Below, piece after piece: positions 14,690 to 25,934 of a stretch of 33,396 bases of DNA (position 1 is the stretch's first letter; each line of letters begins with the position of its first letter). Position numbers and translations under genes: made by a program. Where the stretch lies: contig JTLS01000084.1 in assembly GCA_000826855.1 (NCBI GenBank), positions 1 to 33,396 of the forward strand. Reading direction: 5' to 3'. Under the pieces are notes generated by a model. The model did not search any database. It was given only the letters and a program-made list of their open reading frames with translations, and was not told the DNA's origin. The stretch comes from Basidioascus undulatus. Its lineage: Eukaryota.

Positions 14690-15900
14690 GTGCGCGTTTT
14701 TCCAAGCTAACGAAAAGGCTAAAACTAGACAGACAATACAAAGATCTTCGACCCATCGTTCACTTTCCGACGTGGAAGACCCACCCCCAGGCTTTGACGT
14801 TGGGCTAACGCTGTATCCCGGTCCCTTCTCGAAACGCAAGTATTGCTGGCAGGTATTTGGCATTTTTGGTTATTGTGAAATTCCTGAAGATGTTACACGG
14901 CGAGTTCGGCTTGTCGGTCGTCTGTACGACCCACATTGCGGACATTTCAGCCACGGTCAACAGTGCTTTACGCACCGCTACGAAGAGGATCATGCACCCG
15001 CACCTCTTTCTACGGGAATATAAGCATTCCTAACTCTATCTTCTCAGGTCAAAAGGATCCTCCTCAATGAAAGCGCGTCCCTCGACCAGTTCGCGCCTGG
15101 CGCTGTTTCTGCCCCTTACGTCCGGCTTCGAGCTTTCAGGTAGGCTCGTCCGCCGCGGGCGCCGACTATTGTACTGCTTTATGGGGAATATACCCAATCA
15201 ACCCTTCATGATATAAAGACAGGATGTCCCTATGCCTCTCTTTTCCCTCCCTTACCCCTTCCCCCCCTTTCTGTATCGCCACGCATTTCTGCCTTCTACG
15301 TTCTGCCGCCGGTTCCGCGTCCCTTCGACCTTCTACCAACGTTGCCAGGATGCTCTTCACTACCTCAAGCCCAGCTTCCCTGCCCCCTCGATTCCTGATG
15401 ACAAGTCTGTTGACCCTGCGGACCGGCTTGTTCCCGAAACGCTTGCCGAGCGTGACATTTCAAGGCGTGAACACGCGACGGTCACATGTTTGAGCTGGGC
15501 TAAACAATCTGCCCCATTGTAAGGCTTGCGGGACTTCTCTTCCACAACACTCCCTATCCTTCACCGAGGGCGACCACTTTCTATTCCGTGCCGTCACGCT
15601 TCATCACGCCACCCCGCTGCAAGTCGATAAGCTGCTCGCGTCCGTCGTGCCTTTGGAGCGCGAGCAGATCCCGTTCAGCCCGCGCTTCAGCGGGCTGATT
15701 CCTGCTCAGGCTCCTGACAACGACGAGCCTGAGGTCTCGAAGATCTGCTCAACTGCTTTCCTACGCTCTGAGGTGAACCCATCGCCTTGGCCGACAATGT
15801 ATTTCCGCTGACGCTGCCGGATAGCTCGCAGTGTCCGGAGAAGGGGTTCGGAGGGGAAATTCCTGAGTGTCGCTGGAAAGGGTTAGGGCGGTCCCAGGGG
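14690..15900 (+). pseudogene. Degenerate multi-exon gene of unknown family (copy B; paralog of 5294-6068)
   Basis: Exon-like blocks with splice signals: VKRILLNESASLDQF..., ...DRLVPETLAERD..., GDHFLFRAVTLHHATPLQVDKLLASVVPLEREQI.... They are interrupted by stops and frame changes, and the boundaries are approximate. Confidence 0.5.
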
Positions 15901-16556
15901 GACCCAGTGTGGCCGGACAGGGCGTGATTAAGCTGAGGGCACGGTTTTGAGGTTACAGGCTATACTGGACGATGGCCTTGTGGGTTTCTGATTGGTTTAC
16001 TTGATTTACTTCTCGTCGTGACATTTGCAGGATGCGCTTGTTGTAGTTCCAGATATATGTCCCCCTCGAGGCGTGATCCACCCAGTGGTATTGACGGCCG
16101 CGTGTTAATTGAGACAGAACGTGCTATTGTGCTTCTGTACGGGCTTTTTGGGTCAGGTATAAATGGCAAATACTTCCTCTTCTAACTCCTAGTTGGACTC
16201 CAAACAGCTTTGCGCTGAACATTTTCGAGATCTCTCAAGAGCGTTTCAATCTACAGCTAATGCGCAGCTTGATGCTCGATTCTACCGTTCCAGCAAAAGA
16301 CCTTGAAGTTCTCGTTTTTTTACCGTTGAAACCTTCAACCAGTATTATGTACCTGTTCGAACTATGTAAGAGTCATTTTGAATGAAGAAAATATGGAGCA
16401 AGAGCAACTATTTCTGCTGAGACAGGGGGGCTGTGCAGGAGGGCCGAACTCCCCTTGCGCTTCAGCCTCCTCTCTCTCTGCCTTGCTTTTCCTTGAGGTC
16501 CTTCCTCATCCCTGTAAATCTTCACCAATAGCACCTCTGACTACGAGCTTCTCATA

Positions 16557-17700
16557 ATGGTCGCACTCACGGATCTCCCGAACGAACCCCTGGAACACAT
16601 CGTTTCCCATGTCGATCGCAAAAGCGACGCCGCCCACCTTTCGCTAGTCTGCAAGCGCCTACAAAGAATCGTCGAGCCGTCGCTCTACAACTCTGCCTTC
16701 ACAAAAATCGGCGGGCTTCTCATTCTCTAACGTTCGATCAACAGCGCCCCCAGCTGGGCGGGCACCTGCGCACATTGCACGTCCATTCCGAATGGAGTGA
16801 CGGGCCAGCCAACCATCGATCGGACTTTAGCAAGCCCACACGCCATATCTTGTCCGTTATTTCAGCATGCGGCCTGAACGATCTAAAGGTTTAGCACCTT
16901 ATGAACCGATACGAGCTTAGCGACGAAATGCAGGCGCCGCCCCCCCGAGGATTCCGCTGCCTGCGCGAGCTCTCACTCTCGCACTGGGAAGGTGGGTACT
17001 GGGATGCCTTCATCATAGCATGTATCGGACTTCCCTCCCTTCGAAGTCTGTCTGTAGACATGATCGAGCTCGACGGTGGGTACGATGATAGGATCTTCAA
17101 AGTCTGCGAGGCATCTCGTCTGTCACGGAACTCTATCTCAACCACTACCAGTTTGCCCAACACGGGCTCCTCTCACGCATCCTTCGAATTCCAAAACAGC
17201 TTCACACGCTGGTCTATGACGAAGCGAACACAATGGACGATGACGACGAAAACTATGTCGGTCCGATGCGCTCTGCGAAGTGCTCGAGGACTCGCGCGAG
17301 ACTCTCGAACAGCTCGATGTGGCCACGGACAACACAGCCACCATTTCAATCGACTTTTACTCTTCCCTTCGAGGCCATACGGTCTTGCGCTCCCTCGCAC
17401 TCTCTCTCGACATGCTGGCTGGACAGCTGGTGGATGTTCTCCCGCCCTGGCTGACATTGCTCAGGTTGTGCTCGACCGCCCGCTCGAGGAGTGCGTCGAG
17501 CTGTTCATGGTTCTTCTTGAAAAGAAGACCTCCATCGTGCCGGACCTCGAGATCCTGTCCGTCGGATATTATACGTCGGAGTCGAACGCGGTCAGAAGGC
17601 TACCGGCGGGGGTGCGGCCAATGGGTGCAGTGGCCCCGCAAGATCAAGAGTAAATTGAGAGGTAAGTCCTTAAACTACTGACACAACGAGCTCTTGAGTT
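16557..17700 (+). pseudogene. F-box / LRR-like protein pseudogene
   Basis: MVALTDLPNEPLEHIVSHVDRKSDAAHLSLVCKRLQRIVEPSLY (F-box), then TAA at 16728-16730. LRR-like segments (LGGHLRTLHV, LRELSL, LPSLRSLSV, SRETLEQLDV, LRSLAL, LPPWLTLLRL, PDLEILSV) are spread over different frames. Confidence 0.8.
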
Positions 17701-18159
17701 TGGCACTTACGAAGTGCGTTGGCTAGCGGTTGGCAGGGGCTCACTGGAGCTATAAGGCTATATGAAGATTCCGAGCGGGTAATTTCTGAGACTGTGGATG
17801 GTAACGTTGGTCGAAAATTTCTATGGCACCGCACGATGAACTTCTCCACCTTTTCGGAGAATGTAAGTCAAACGGAGCCGTCTCCCCTATCGCGTCGTTG
17901 CGTTTCAAGCAGCCTGCCCCGGAGGACAAATAAGATGTTTTCATGTAAACTTGTCGTAGTTTATGTGGGCTGTGTACATTTTAGTCCTTTTGCCACAGTG
18001 AAACCTTCCCTTCGATAAACCGTCCCGACTGCATATTGCCATGTTCTGCGTTGACACCATTGGGCTGCCAAATCGTGAAGAGCATGACAGACTATGAAAA
18101 TCGCATGGATATTATTTACAGTGTTCAGAGCTGTCGCATTCCCTTCCAAGGCCACCGAA

Positions 18160-19261
18160 TCAAGGCAGCGGCTTGCCCTGGTTTGTTGCATCGGCGACCT
18201 GGCTCGTGTTCGGCCTGTTCTCCGCGTACCTGGCCTGTCGGTGCCGGTAGAAACAGCGTGAGGTATTGTCTTCCGATCCTGTGTACGAACCACGTACGTA
18301 GCTGTCAATGTAGAGCTGTTCGGTGCTGGTCGTCGCCTGCACAGCCGGGTGCGCGATGACTGCGTCCTGCCAAGCTTTGTAACGGCCATTCTCGAGCGAC
18401 GGCGGAAGCGAGAAGGAGACATAGTGGGACAAGACTACCACAATGCGGTGAGCCCCTATAACATTCCCTCGTCAGTGAAAATCTCAAAGAAACACAAGAG
18501 GAGAAAACAAGAGGACTGCGAGGACTTACACGGCGCCAGCACGACGTCCACGTACCCCAGCTCATCGCTGCCTCCCCAGAACGGGCCATCTTCGCCCTCC
18601 TCCCCAACGTCCCTGTCCAACCGGCCCTGGAACTCCTCCAGCGCCTTCACCAGCGTCTTACGCTTCTCCTCCCGCTTCGAGCCCGTGTCTTGCTCCTGCA
18701 AGTACGCGTAGAAGGCGGGCACGATCTCGTTCGCGCTGACGTGGGCGACGAGGCGCGTGCGTGCTGCGCGCAGCGGGTGGATGTGCGCCGGCGGAATGAG
18801 CGGCGGCGTGGAGGTCGATGGGATCGGGAGGGAGCTGAGGTAGTCCAGAATGATCGGGAACGATTCGTGCAACGAGGAAGGGTGCGGTCGCGAGGAGGAG
18901 GGAGGGATGACGAGTGCGGGGACGAGCCCTTTGGGCGAGATTTGTAGCAGCTCGGGAGGCTTTGCGTAGGGATCCACCTCCCTGTTGGTGGGAAGACGAT
19001 GCGTTCAAGGCAGGCCAGTCTGGGATAGTTGGGAAGCACTCACCGGTACTCATAGTCGATTCCAAGCCTCTCCAAAGCGATCCAGCATCTGCTCACGAAT
19101 GGGCAAAAGCACGAGCCGAAAAGTACAAGACGCCTTCCATGGGGTCGTCCGCTATCCTGGGCATCGGGGGGAGTGTAGGGATGGGCCTTTGCCGTCTCCG
19201 CGGCGCGCCCGGTCGGCTCGCGATGGTAGCCGTTGTTGGTGTTGTACTGCTTCCGCGACAT
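18160..19261 (-). CDS. Glutathione S-transferase, Cys-containing (omega/lambda-like), 4 exons
   Basis: LFGSCFCPFVSRCWIALERLGIDYEY|REVDPYAKPPELLQISPKGLVPAL...LHESFPIILDYL...GPFWGG..LGYVDVVLAP|WAHR...EQLYIDSY|ARYAENRPNTSQVA...KPLP*, with three GT-AG introns. Confidence 0.9.
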
Positions 19262-20214
19262 GTTGAAGAAAGGACGAGGGAAAGGACGTATGATTGATAA
19301 GTGTGATGGTGGTTAAAGGAGATCCCTTGGGTAAGTAGAGGAGGACGAGGAGGAGCGGGAAATCGCTGATGTCATCTGACTGCGAGAGAAGACGGATAGC
19401 GAGGGGCGTAGGCCAGATGATAAACCGCTTGGAAAGGGACTTTGGTGGAGATATACACATCTTGAACAGACGAGTACCGTTAACATAAGCCGAGCTGGAG
19501 TGCGGCGGGATGGAGGTGGTTTGGAGACAAGGGGAGGGCGCAGGTCAGGCTGAGGTGGAGAACTAGAATGCCATTGACTGCAACACGTCTCGTAGCTGAA
19601 GCAGGGAATATCTTGATGTGAGATTAGACCACAAAATGGTTTTGTGTATTTGCAAAGATGAAGCACTGGATTCCCCGCGATGCACTTAAGTGCAGCTCGC
19701 TGTTGCCAGTTGCACTGCGAAATTACTTGCATGGCCTCTTCGCACATCAACAGTTTATCGGTCTGCATGGACTTTATTTAACCCTTTCAGTTAATAAAAA
19801 TATATATCTCAGCTAATTTCATCTGAGTCACTTTGTCCAAAGTGACAGCAAGGTCATACAACACTGTAAGCCTCGCCTGACACGCACCCCAATAGCACTT
19901 TCAACCCAATGAAACTTGGTTGAATGGGGCTATTCGATGGTTAGTATTCTCGCCAGATCTTCACTCAAACTTCCTACAATAAAAGCCGGACGTAGACGTA
20001 AGCAGATCCATAGCGAAACGAAAAGCTGCGCCATCCGGGGATGACCCATAGATTTAGTCACGTGAACCAAAGATTTGGGCGAGCGGTCTACTCGCTCGAG
20101 TGCTCTGCCTGCGACTATCATTGCCCCCTCGTCTCCGCCGCTTTCTTTCGCATCAGGCGTGGAACCGTCACCAGACTGTCCCCCTTCCCGACTTCAATAG
20201 CGAGACCAGTCGCA

Positions 20215-23037
20215 ATGTACGACTCTTCTCCCACCTTGGGCCGCACGCATGCTGAGATCGCGGCGGGACTGGCATCAGGGCGAAGGCGTCGAAGCGCACG
20301 AAGCGGTTCGTGTCCAGTGGCAAGCTGAAGCAGCAGATACAAGAGCGTCACAAGCACAAGGCGATCAAGAAGAAGATCGAGTCTGGCAAGGCCAAGGAGT
20401 CCGCCAAGACGAAGGGCAAGGGCAAGGCGCCCGCGGTGGCTGAGGAGGAGGACGTCGAGGAGGAGGACGGTAGTGAGGCTGGGGAGGAGGACGGGTGAGT
20501 TCATGGTGCTCGTTGGTGCAAGTAATGGGTCATGCTGATTGCTGGCGAACAGGGCGCCGGCCAACGTTGACGACTTGCTAAACGCCGACTTCTTGGACTC
20601 TGGCTCCGAGGCGTCAGACGATGGTGATGAGGTACGTGTCTACTCATGCGAGGGGAAGGTCTATATCTCACGCGTCGCTGCCTCATAGGGGCTCGACGAC
20701 GAGGATGACTCGGACGCGGAGCAGGACCCGGCCGCGCACGCCGCGGCACTGAAGAAGCTCGCCGAGTCCGATCCGGAGTTCTACAAGTACCTCCAGGAGA
20801 ACGACAAAGAGCTTCTCGACTTCGACGCCCACGCGCCGCTCATTCCGGGCATGGAGGCTGGCGACGATGAGGAGGACGAGGAGGCTGCGGAGGCGGCCGC
20901 GCTGGCAGAGATGGAGGGCGAGCGCGAGGCGCCGGTATTGACGAAGGAGATGCTGCGGGGATGGCAGCGTGGGATGATCGAGGTGCGTTGTGCGGTATTC
21001 TGGGTCCCGTGGGAACAGAATGGAAACTGATACTCGAGGAACACGCAGCACCGCTCCCTCCGCTCGCTGAAGCGCTTGCTGCTCGCGTACCGCGCTGCCG
21101 CTTACTCTTCGGACGTCGACACCCCGGATGGTGCTGGGAAGGACGAGCAGTTCGCGTACCGGATCGACTCGGCGGCTAGTGCGTGGAACCGCATGACGTC
21201 GTTGCACGGACACCGCTAATTGATCTGAATGCTCGCAGTCTTCAACAAGGTCGTGCTGACCGCGTTCAAGTACACGCCCCTCGTTCTTGCGCATCACTGG
21301 CAGTACAAGGAGCTGCCGAACGGCAAATTGCACGTCTGTTTCGCACACACCGTCCTCCACTGTATGCGCTGACTTCTCGTGCAATTCACAGCAAGCTCGG
21401 TGCTTCGCCCAACCCGGCCCTCCCCAAGCTCGTCTCCTCCTACCTGCACACCACACTCCACCTCATCTCCCACCTCCCTGCGAGCACGAGCGAGGACGCG
21501 GAGGAGGGCGGGGGGATCCTCCGCGCGGCGGTCAGCGAGATCGGCAAGGTCGTGCCCTGGATCGTCGGTGGCCGGAAGGGGGTCAAGAGTCTGCTGAAGG
21601 TACGAATATCTCAGTCTTCGAGAGTTGCCAATGAAGAAGAGCGCTCATTCAAGTTCTCCAGACCCTGCTGGAACTGTGGTCCACTTCCGAAGACAGCGTC
21701 CGGATCGCTGCATTCCTCGTCATTCGCAAGCTCGCGGCAGCGGGTGACACGACCGTTCTCGACCTCTGCCTCAAGGTAACCCAGTCCAGTTTCGACTGAC
21801 TTCACCCTGATGCAAAGACTTACGCAGATCCTCCGCTCATCTAGGGCACCTACCTCACCTTTGTCCGCACCACCCGCCTCACCTCCGTCCACACCCTGCC
21901 GTCTATCAACCTCATGAAGAACTCCGCGTCCGAGATCTACGCGCTCGATCTCTCAGCGAGCTATCAGCAAGCGTTCGGCTACATTCGCCAGCTTGCCGTA
22001 CTGCTTCGCGGGGCGATGAAAACCATGACGAAGGTTCGTTTCCCGTGATGTAGTGTGAACGACGACCCCGCTTACGCAAGGTCCGTTGTGCAGGACGCGT
22101 TCAAGCAAGTCTACAACTGGCAGTTTGTGCACTGCATCGACTTCTGGAGTCTCGTGCTCGCGACCACTTGCGACAAAGAGGTCGCGCGCACGCGGGGCGA
22201 GGAGAGCGAGCTCCAGCCCCTCATTTACCCTCTCGTCCAGGTCGCGCTCGGCGTCCTTCGGTAAGATTACCCTTCTTCGGATGATGTGTCGTTCAGTTTG
22301 ACTGACGTCCCCTTCGTTAGCCTCATTCCCACCTCCCGCTACTTCCCTCTTCGCTTCCACATGCTCCGCTCCCTCCTCCGCCTCTCACAGCGCACGGGCA
22401 CGTTCATCCCTCTTGCGCCGCACATGCTCGACGTGCTCTCCTCCGCCGAGTTCAAGCGCAAGCCCAAGCCGTCGACGCTCAAGCCGCTGGACTGGGAGGT
22501 GCACGTCCGCACGCCGACAGCGTACCCGCGCACGCGCGTCTACCACGACGGCCTGACGGACGAGCTCGTCTTCCTCCTTGCCGAGTGGCACGCCGGGCTC
22601 TCGACCAACATCGCGTTCCCCGAGCTCGTCATCCCGACCATCGTCCTCCTCAAGCGCTATGCGAAAAAGGCCGTCAGCCCGCGCACGACAGGCGCGATCA
22701 AGGGCTTGGTGGAGAAGCTCGAAGCGCAGCGCGTGTGGGTCGAGGACAAGCGTAAGAACGTCGAGTTTGCTCCCGGCGAGCGCGGAGAGGTCGACCGCTT
22801 CTTGGAGGGCTTCGACGTGGAGAAGACGCCCATCGGCGCGCACGTTCGGATCCTCCGCAAGGCTCGCGTACAAAAGCAGCGTACAGCCGCAGAGGTGCGT
22901 TGATTTTGAAGGGTTGTATCTTTACGTGCAGGGCTGACTTTCCTTTCCAACAGGTCAAGGATGATGACGAAGAGTCGGACGAAGAGGAAGAGGAGGAAGC
23001 GGAGGAGGACGAGGAGATGGAGGAGGACGAGGAGTAG
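20215..23037 (+). CDS. NOC2: Nucleolar complex protein Noc2 (60S ribosome biogenesis), multi-exon
   Basis: [90 protein letters not shown] and an acidic tail. The start codon is split by intron 20217-20278. Confidence 0.95.
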
Positions 23038-23420
23038 TTTTGTTGTTTGGTTGTACTTGTCATTCGCACTTGTTTTCTTAGAATATTCGAAGAGCAAGCT
23101 TTCCGCTTGAATTTCCGTTCAGCAAGTCTATGCAGGACAGTGAGAATAGTGCCCCACGAGTTGTATGGCAATTTGCGGCGCAGAAGTCGCTTGTCCTTCT
23201 TGTCGTCGAACCTTCATCACGCCGATCAGCCGCAACCGGTACCGGTACCGGGACTCCAAGCCTTCACAGTACGCCCGTTAGTCTGCAATTCAATCGTCCG
23301 TACAGCTGACGATTTTCCTCATTCTCTCTTCCCACTCTCGTTCGTGCGCTTTGTCGCCTCATCGACAATCAAATTTTTCGCTCGCCTGCCTTGTTCACGT
23401 CTTCTCACTGGCAGGGCTGC

Positions 23421-24800
23421 ATGCTGCTCCTCGCTTCATCTTCGTTTCGCGCCATATCGATACCTTCACTTCGTCTCCACACCTCGCGTCTCCTGTCGAT
23501 GGCATCGGGCATCAACCTCGGCCTCGAGCGCGTCACCTCGCTCCTCACCTCCCTGCCTGGCCCTCGGCACTCGTTCCCCATCGTACACATCGCGGGGACG
23601 AACGGCAAAGGTTCGATATCAGCGTACCTCGATTCGGCGCTCACCGCGTCCGGCCTGCGCACGGGTCGCTTCAACAGCCCGCATCTCATCGACGAGCACG
23701 ATGCCGTCCGTCTCGCGGGCGAGCCGGTCGACCCAGACGTCTTCCGGACGGCGCGCGAGCGGGTGCGCGAAGCGAACCGCACCGGATCCATCGGCGCGTC
23801 CGAGTTCGAGGTCCTCGCTGTGACTGCGATGGAGTGCTTCGCGCGCGCCGAGCCCGCCGTGGACATGGCGGTCGTCGAGGTCGGCTTAGGGGGTCGGCTC
23901 GACGCGACGAACGCATTCGCGGGAGACCGGCTGGCCGCGGCCGTCATTGCTCCGATCGATCTCGATCACCAAGCGCTTCTCGGCGGGGACGTTGCGGCCA
24001 TCGCGCGTGAGAAGGCGGGCATCATCAAGCATTGTGGCGGACCGGTCATCCTCGCGCAACAGGCTCACCGCGAAGCAGCGGAGGTCGTCCGCGCCGTCGC
24101 GGCCAAGGAGAAAGTTCCTGTCTATGAAGTTCCTCCGCTGAGCCCTATCGCAACCGACGCCGACGGTCGCACGCTGCTCCCGTTTCCGGGCGACTCGTCC
24201 CGCACAATCGCCGCTCGCCTCCCCCTCCCCGGCGCGCACCAAGCGCAGAACGCCCTCACCGCTCTTCATACGCTCGAACGACTGCGCAACTCGTCACCAC
24301 TTCTCTCTCGCATCTCCGACGGCGACATCATTGCCGGCTTTGAGCACGCCCGCTGGCCTGGTCGGCTCGACACCGTCGTTCTCCCCTCGAAGCGTTCCGT
24401 CCTCGTCGATGGCGCGCACAACCCCGCGGCTGCGATTGCGCTGCGAGCGTATCTGGATTCTCGAGGAACGGCGCCTACGGTATGGGTGCTGGGCTTCTCT
24501 AGGGGCAAAGACCTGGGCGAGATGATGCGCGTCCTGTTGCGGGAAACGGACGCCGTCGTCGGCGTGGGCTTCTCGGAGGTGGCGGGCATGCCATGGGTGA
24601 AGCCCGTGGATCCAGATGAGATCTCTACGGCGGCGAGAGGAGTGTTGGGTGATCAGGCTGCAGTGCGCGCGGAGGGGCATGGCACTGGGTTGAAGGAAGC
24701 GCTGGACTGGGCGGAGGCGACGGGACACAGCGTCGTCGTCGCTGGGAGTCTGTATTTGGCCGCGGACGTATATCGGCTGGCTAGGGGTGATTCTATTTAA
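23421..24800 (+). CDS. FOL3: Dihydrofolate synthase / folylpolyglutamate synthase (FolC family, Fol3-like); CDS is intronless
   Basis: INLGLERV, VHIAGTNGKGS, GRFNSPHL, SEFE, VVEVGLGGRLDATN, IAREKAGIIK, WPGRL, VDGAHN, VVAGSLYL. There is an alternative ATG at 23499. Confidence 0.9.
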   Translation: MLLLASSSFRAISIPSLRLHTSRLLSMASGINLGLERVTSLLTSLPGPRHSFPIVHIAGTNGKGSISAYLDSALTASGLRTGRFNSPHLIDEHDAVRLAGEPVDPDVFRTARERVREANRTGSIGASEFEVLAVTAMECFARAEPAVDMAVVEVGLGGRLDATNAFAGDRLAAAVIAPIDLDHQALLGGDVAAIAREKAGIIKHCGGPVILAQQAHREAAEVVRAVAAKEKVPVYEVPPLSPIATDADGRTLLPFPGDSSRTIAARLPLPGAHQAQNALTALHTLERLRNSSPLLSRISDGDIIAGFEHARWPGRLDTVVLPSKRSVLVDGAHNPAAAIALRAYLDSRGTAPTVWVLGFSRGKDLGEMMRVLLRETDAVVGVGFSEVAGMPWVKPVDPDEISTAARGVLGDQAAVRAEGHGTGLKEALDWAEATGHSVVVAGSLYLAADVYRLARGDSI

Positions 24801-25095
24801 TGAGGGGGTGTTCGTGTCGCTGGACCATCTGTTGTTTTTCCATGCGGTCAGTGACCAGAAGGCTGCGATCTCGACCCTGAGCATGTCCAATAATACCGGC
24901 GACTGCTAATATCCATTACAACAAATATATGTGTTCCACGTTCGTTCAATGTGTAGCAGTCTTCCCTCGAGACAGAATAAGAAGTCGACTCAGCGTGATC
25001 AGTGACCAGGTCGCCTTCTTCCTGCTGGCCAACACAGGACCAGTTACATCACATCCCATTGACGATACCGAGTTCAAGCCTACAGTCCGCACCAG

Positions 25096-25602
25096 TTATG
25101 TGAGGCCAAACCATCCCTTCGGCTTCCCCTCATTCTGATTCTTGGCCATCCCTGACCTCAACCGCTCAATCATGTCCGCCACACCCTCCTCACTCGTCGT
25201 CGCCGTACCCTCATCCCAGTTGACCACGAGCGGGTAGTGCAACGCCTCTGGCCGCTTCTCGAGCTCGCTTGCACGCGCTGGAGGTGCACCGTTGGCGCCG
25301 TGCTCGTCAATGAGAGCCGAGAGGGACTGCTGGCTCGCGGGAAGGAAGTTGATTATGTTATTGATCTGGGTGGGCGTCGGCGGGTGCTCGTTGATCTCGA
25401 GGTCAAAGTCGATCGGACGCTCGTTCACGCCGGTGGGTGTGCGCGCTCGCTGCAGCGCTGCAAGAGCGCGTTGGGAGGTAGGGAGCGTGGGCTTGTGGCT
25501 AGATGGTGTGGACCCTCGTCAGTGCAAAACGACGCCGGCGGGAAGGAACCATACGTACAAAATGGAGATAACCGGAAGGGCCCTGTGGAATCTTGCAGAC
25601 AT
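25096..25602 (-). CDS. Fmp46/DUF1687-like thioredoxin-fold mitochondrial protein, 2 exons
   Basis: MSARFHRALPVISIF|HKPTLPTSQRALAAL...FDLEINEHPPTPTQINNIINFL...ALHYPLVVNWDEGTA, with one GTACGT...TAG intron. The layout is Fmp46-like. Confidence 0.75.
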
Positions 25603-25934
25603 TCTCGTGCACGAATATCCCAATCACAAATAAATGAGGTGCAGGCTGTGGAAAGAGGAAGACGCTGAAGGTGGTCGAAGGTCAAGAAGCAATCCGCAGA
25701 TGACGTCGCGAACGCTGGGAGGGGTCGAGACTCAAGGCAGTCGTCGCCAGAACATGTGAGTGGCAAACTGCAGCGAACGCAGACGTTGAAACCGAAATGC
25801 ATCATGTACGGTAAATTGGGGTTTCTTTCGAGCATAGTACAACAAGTATGCGATTGAATAACAAAGCAAAATTTGTGAAACAAACTGGAAACAGACGCGG
25901 TAGCAGTACAGCAGCCACGACCTAGCGCAAAGCA

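Noticed and set aside
23235..23251. ACCGGT x ~3 palindromic hexamer repeat
   Set aside because: Very short slippage-type repeat with no supporting context.
23047..24890. Long overlapping and antisense ORFs around FOL3 (also around NOC2, LPD1 and EMC1)
   Set aside because: Expected shadow ORFs of GC3-rich coding sequence.
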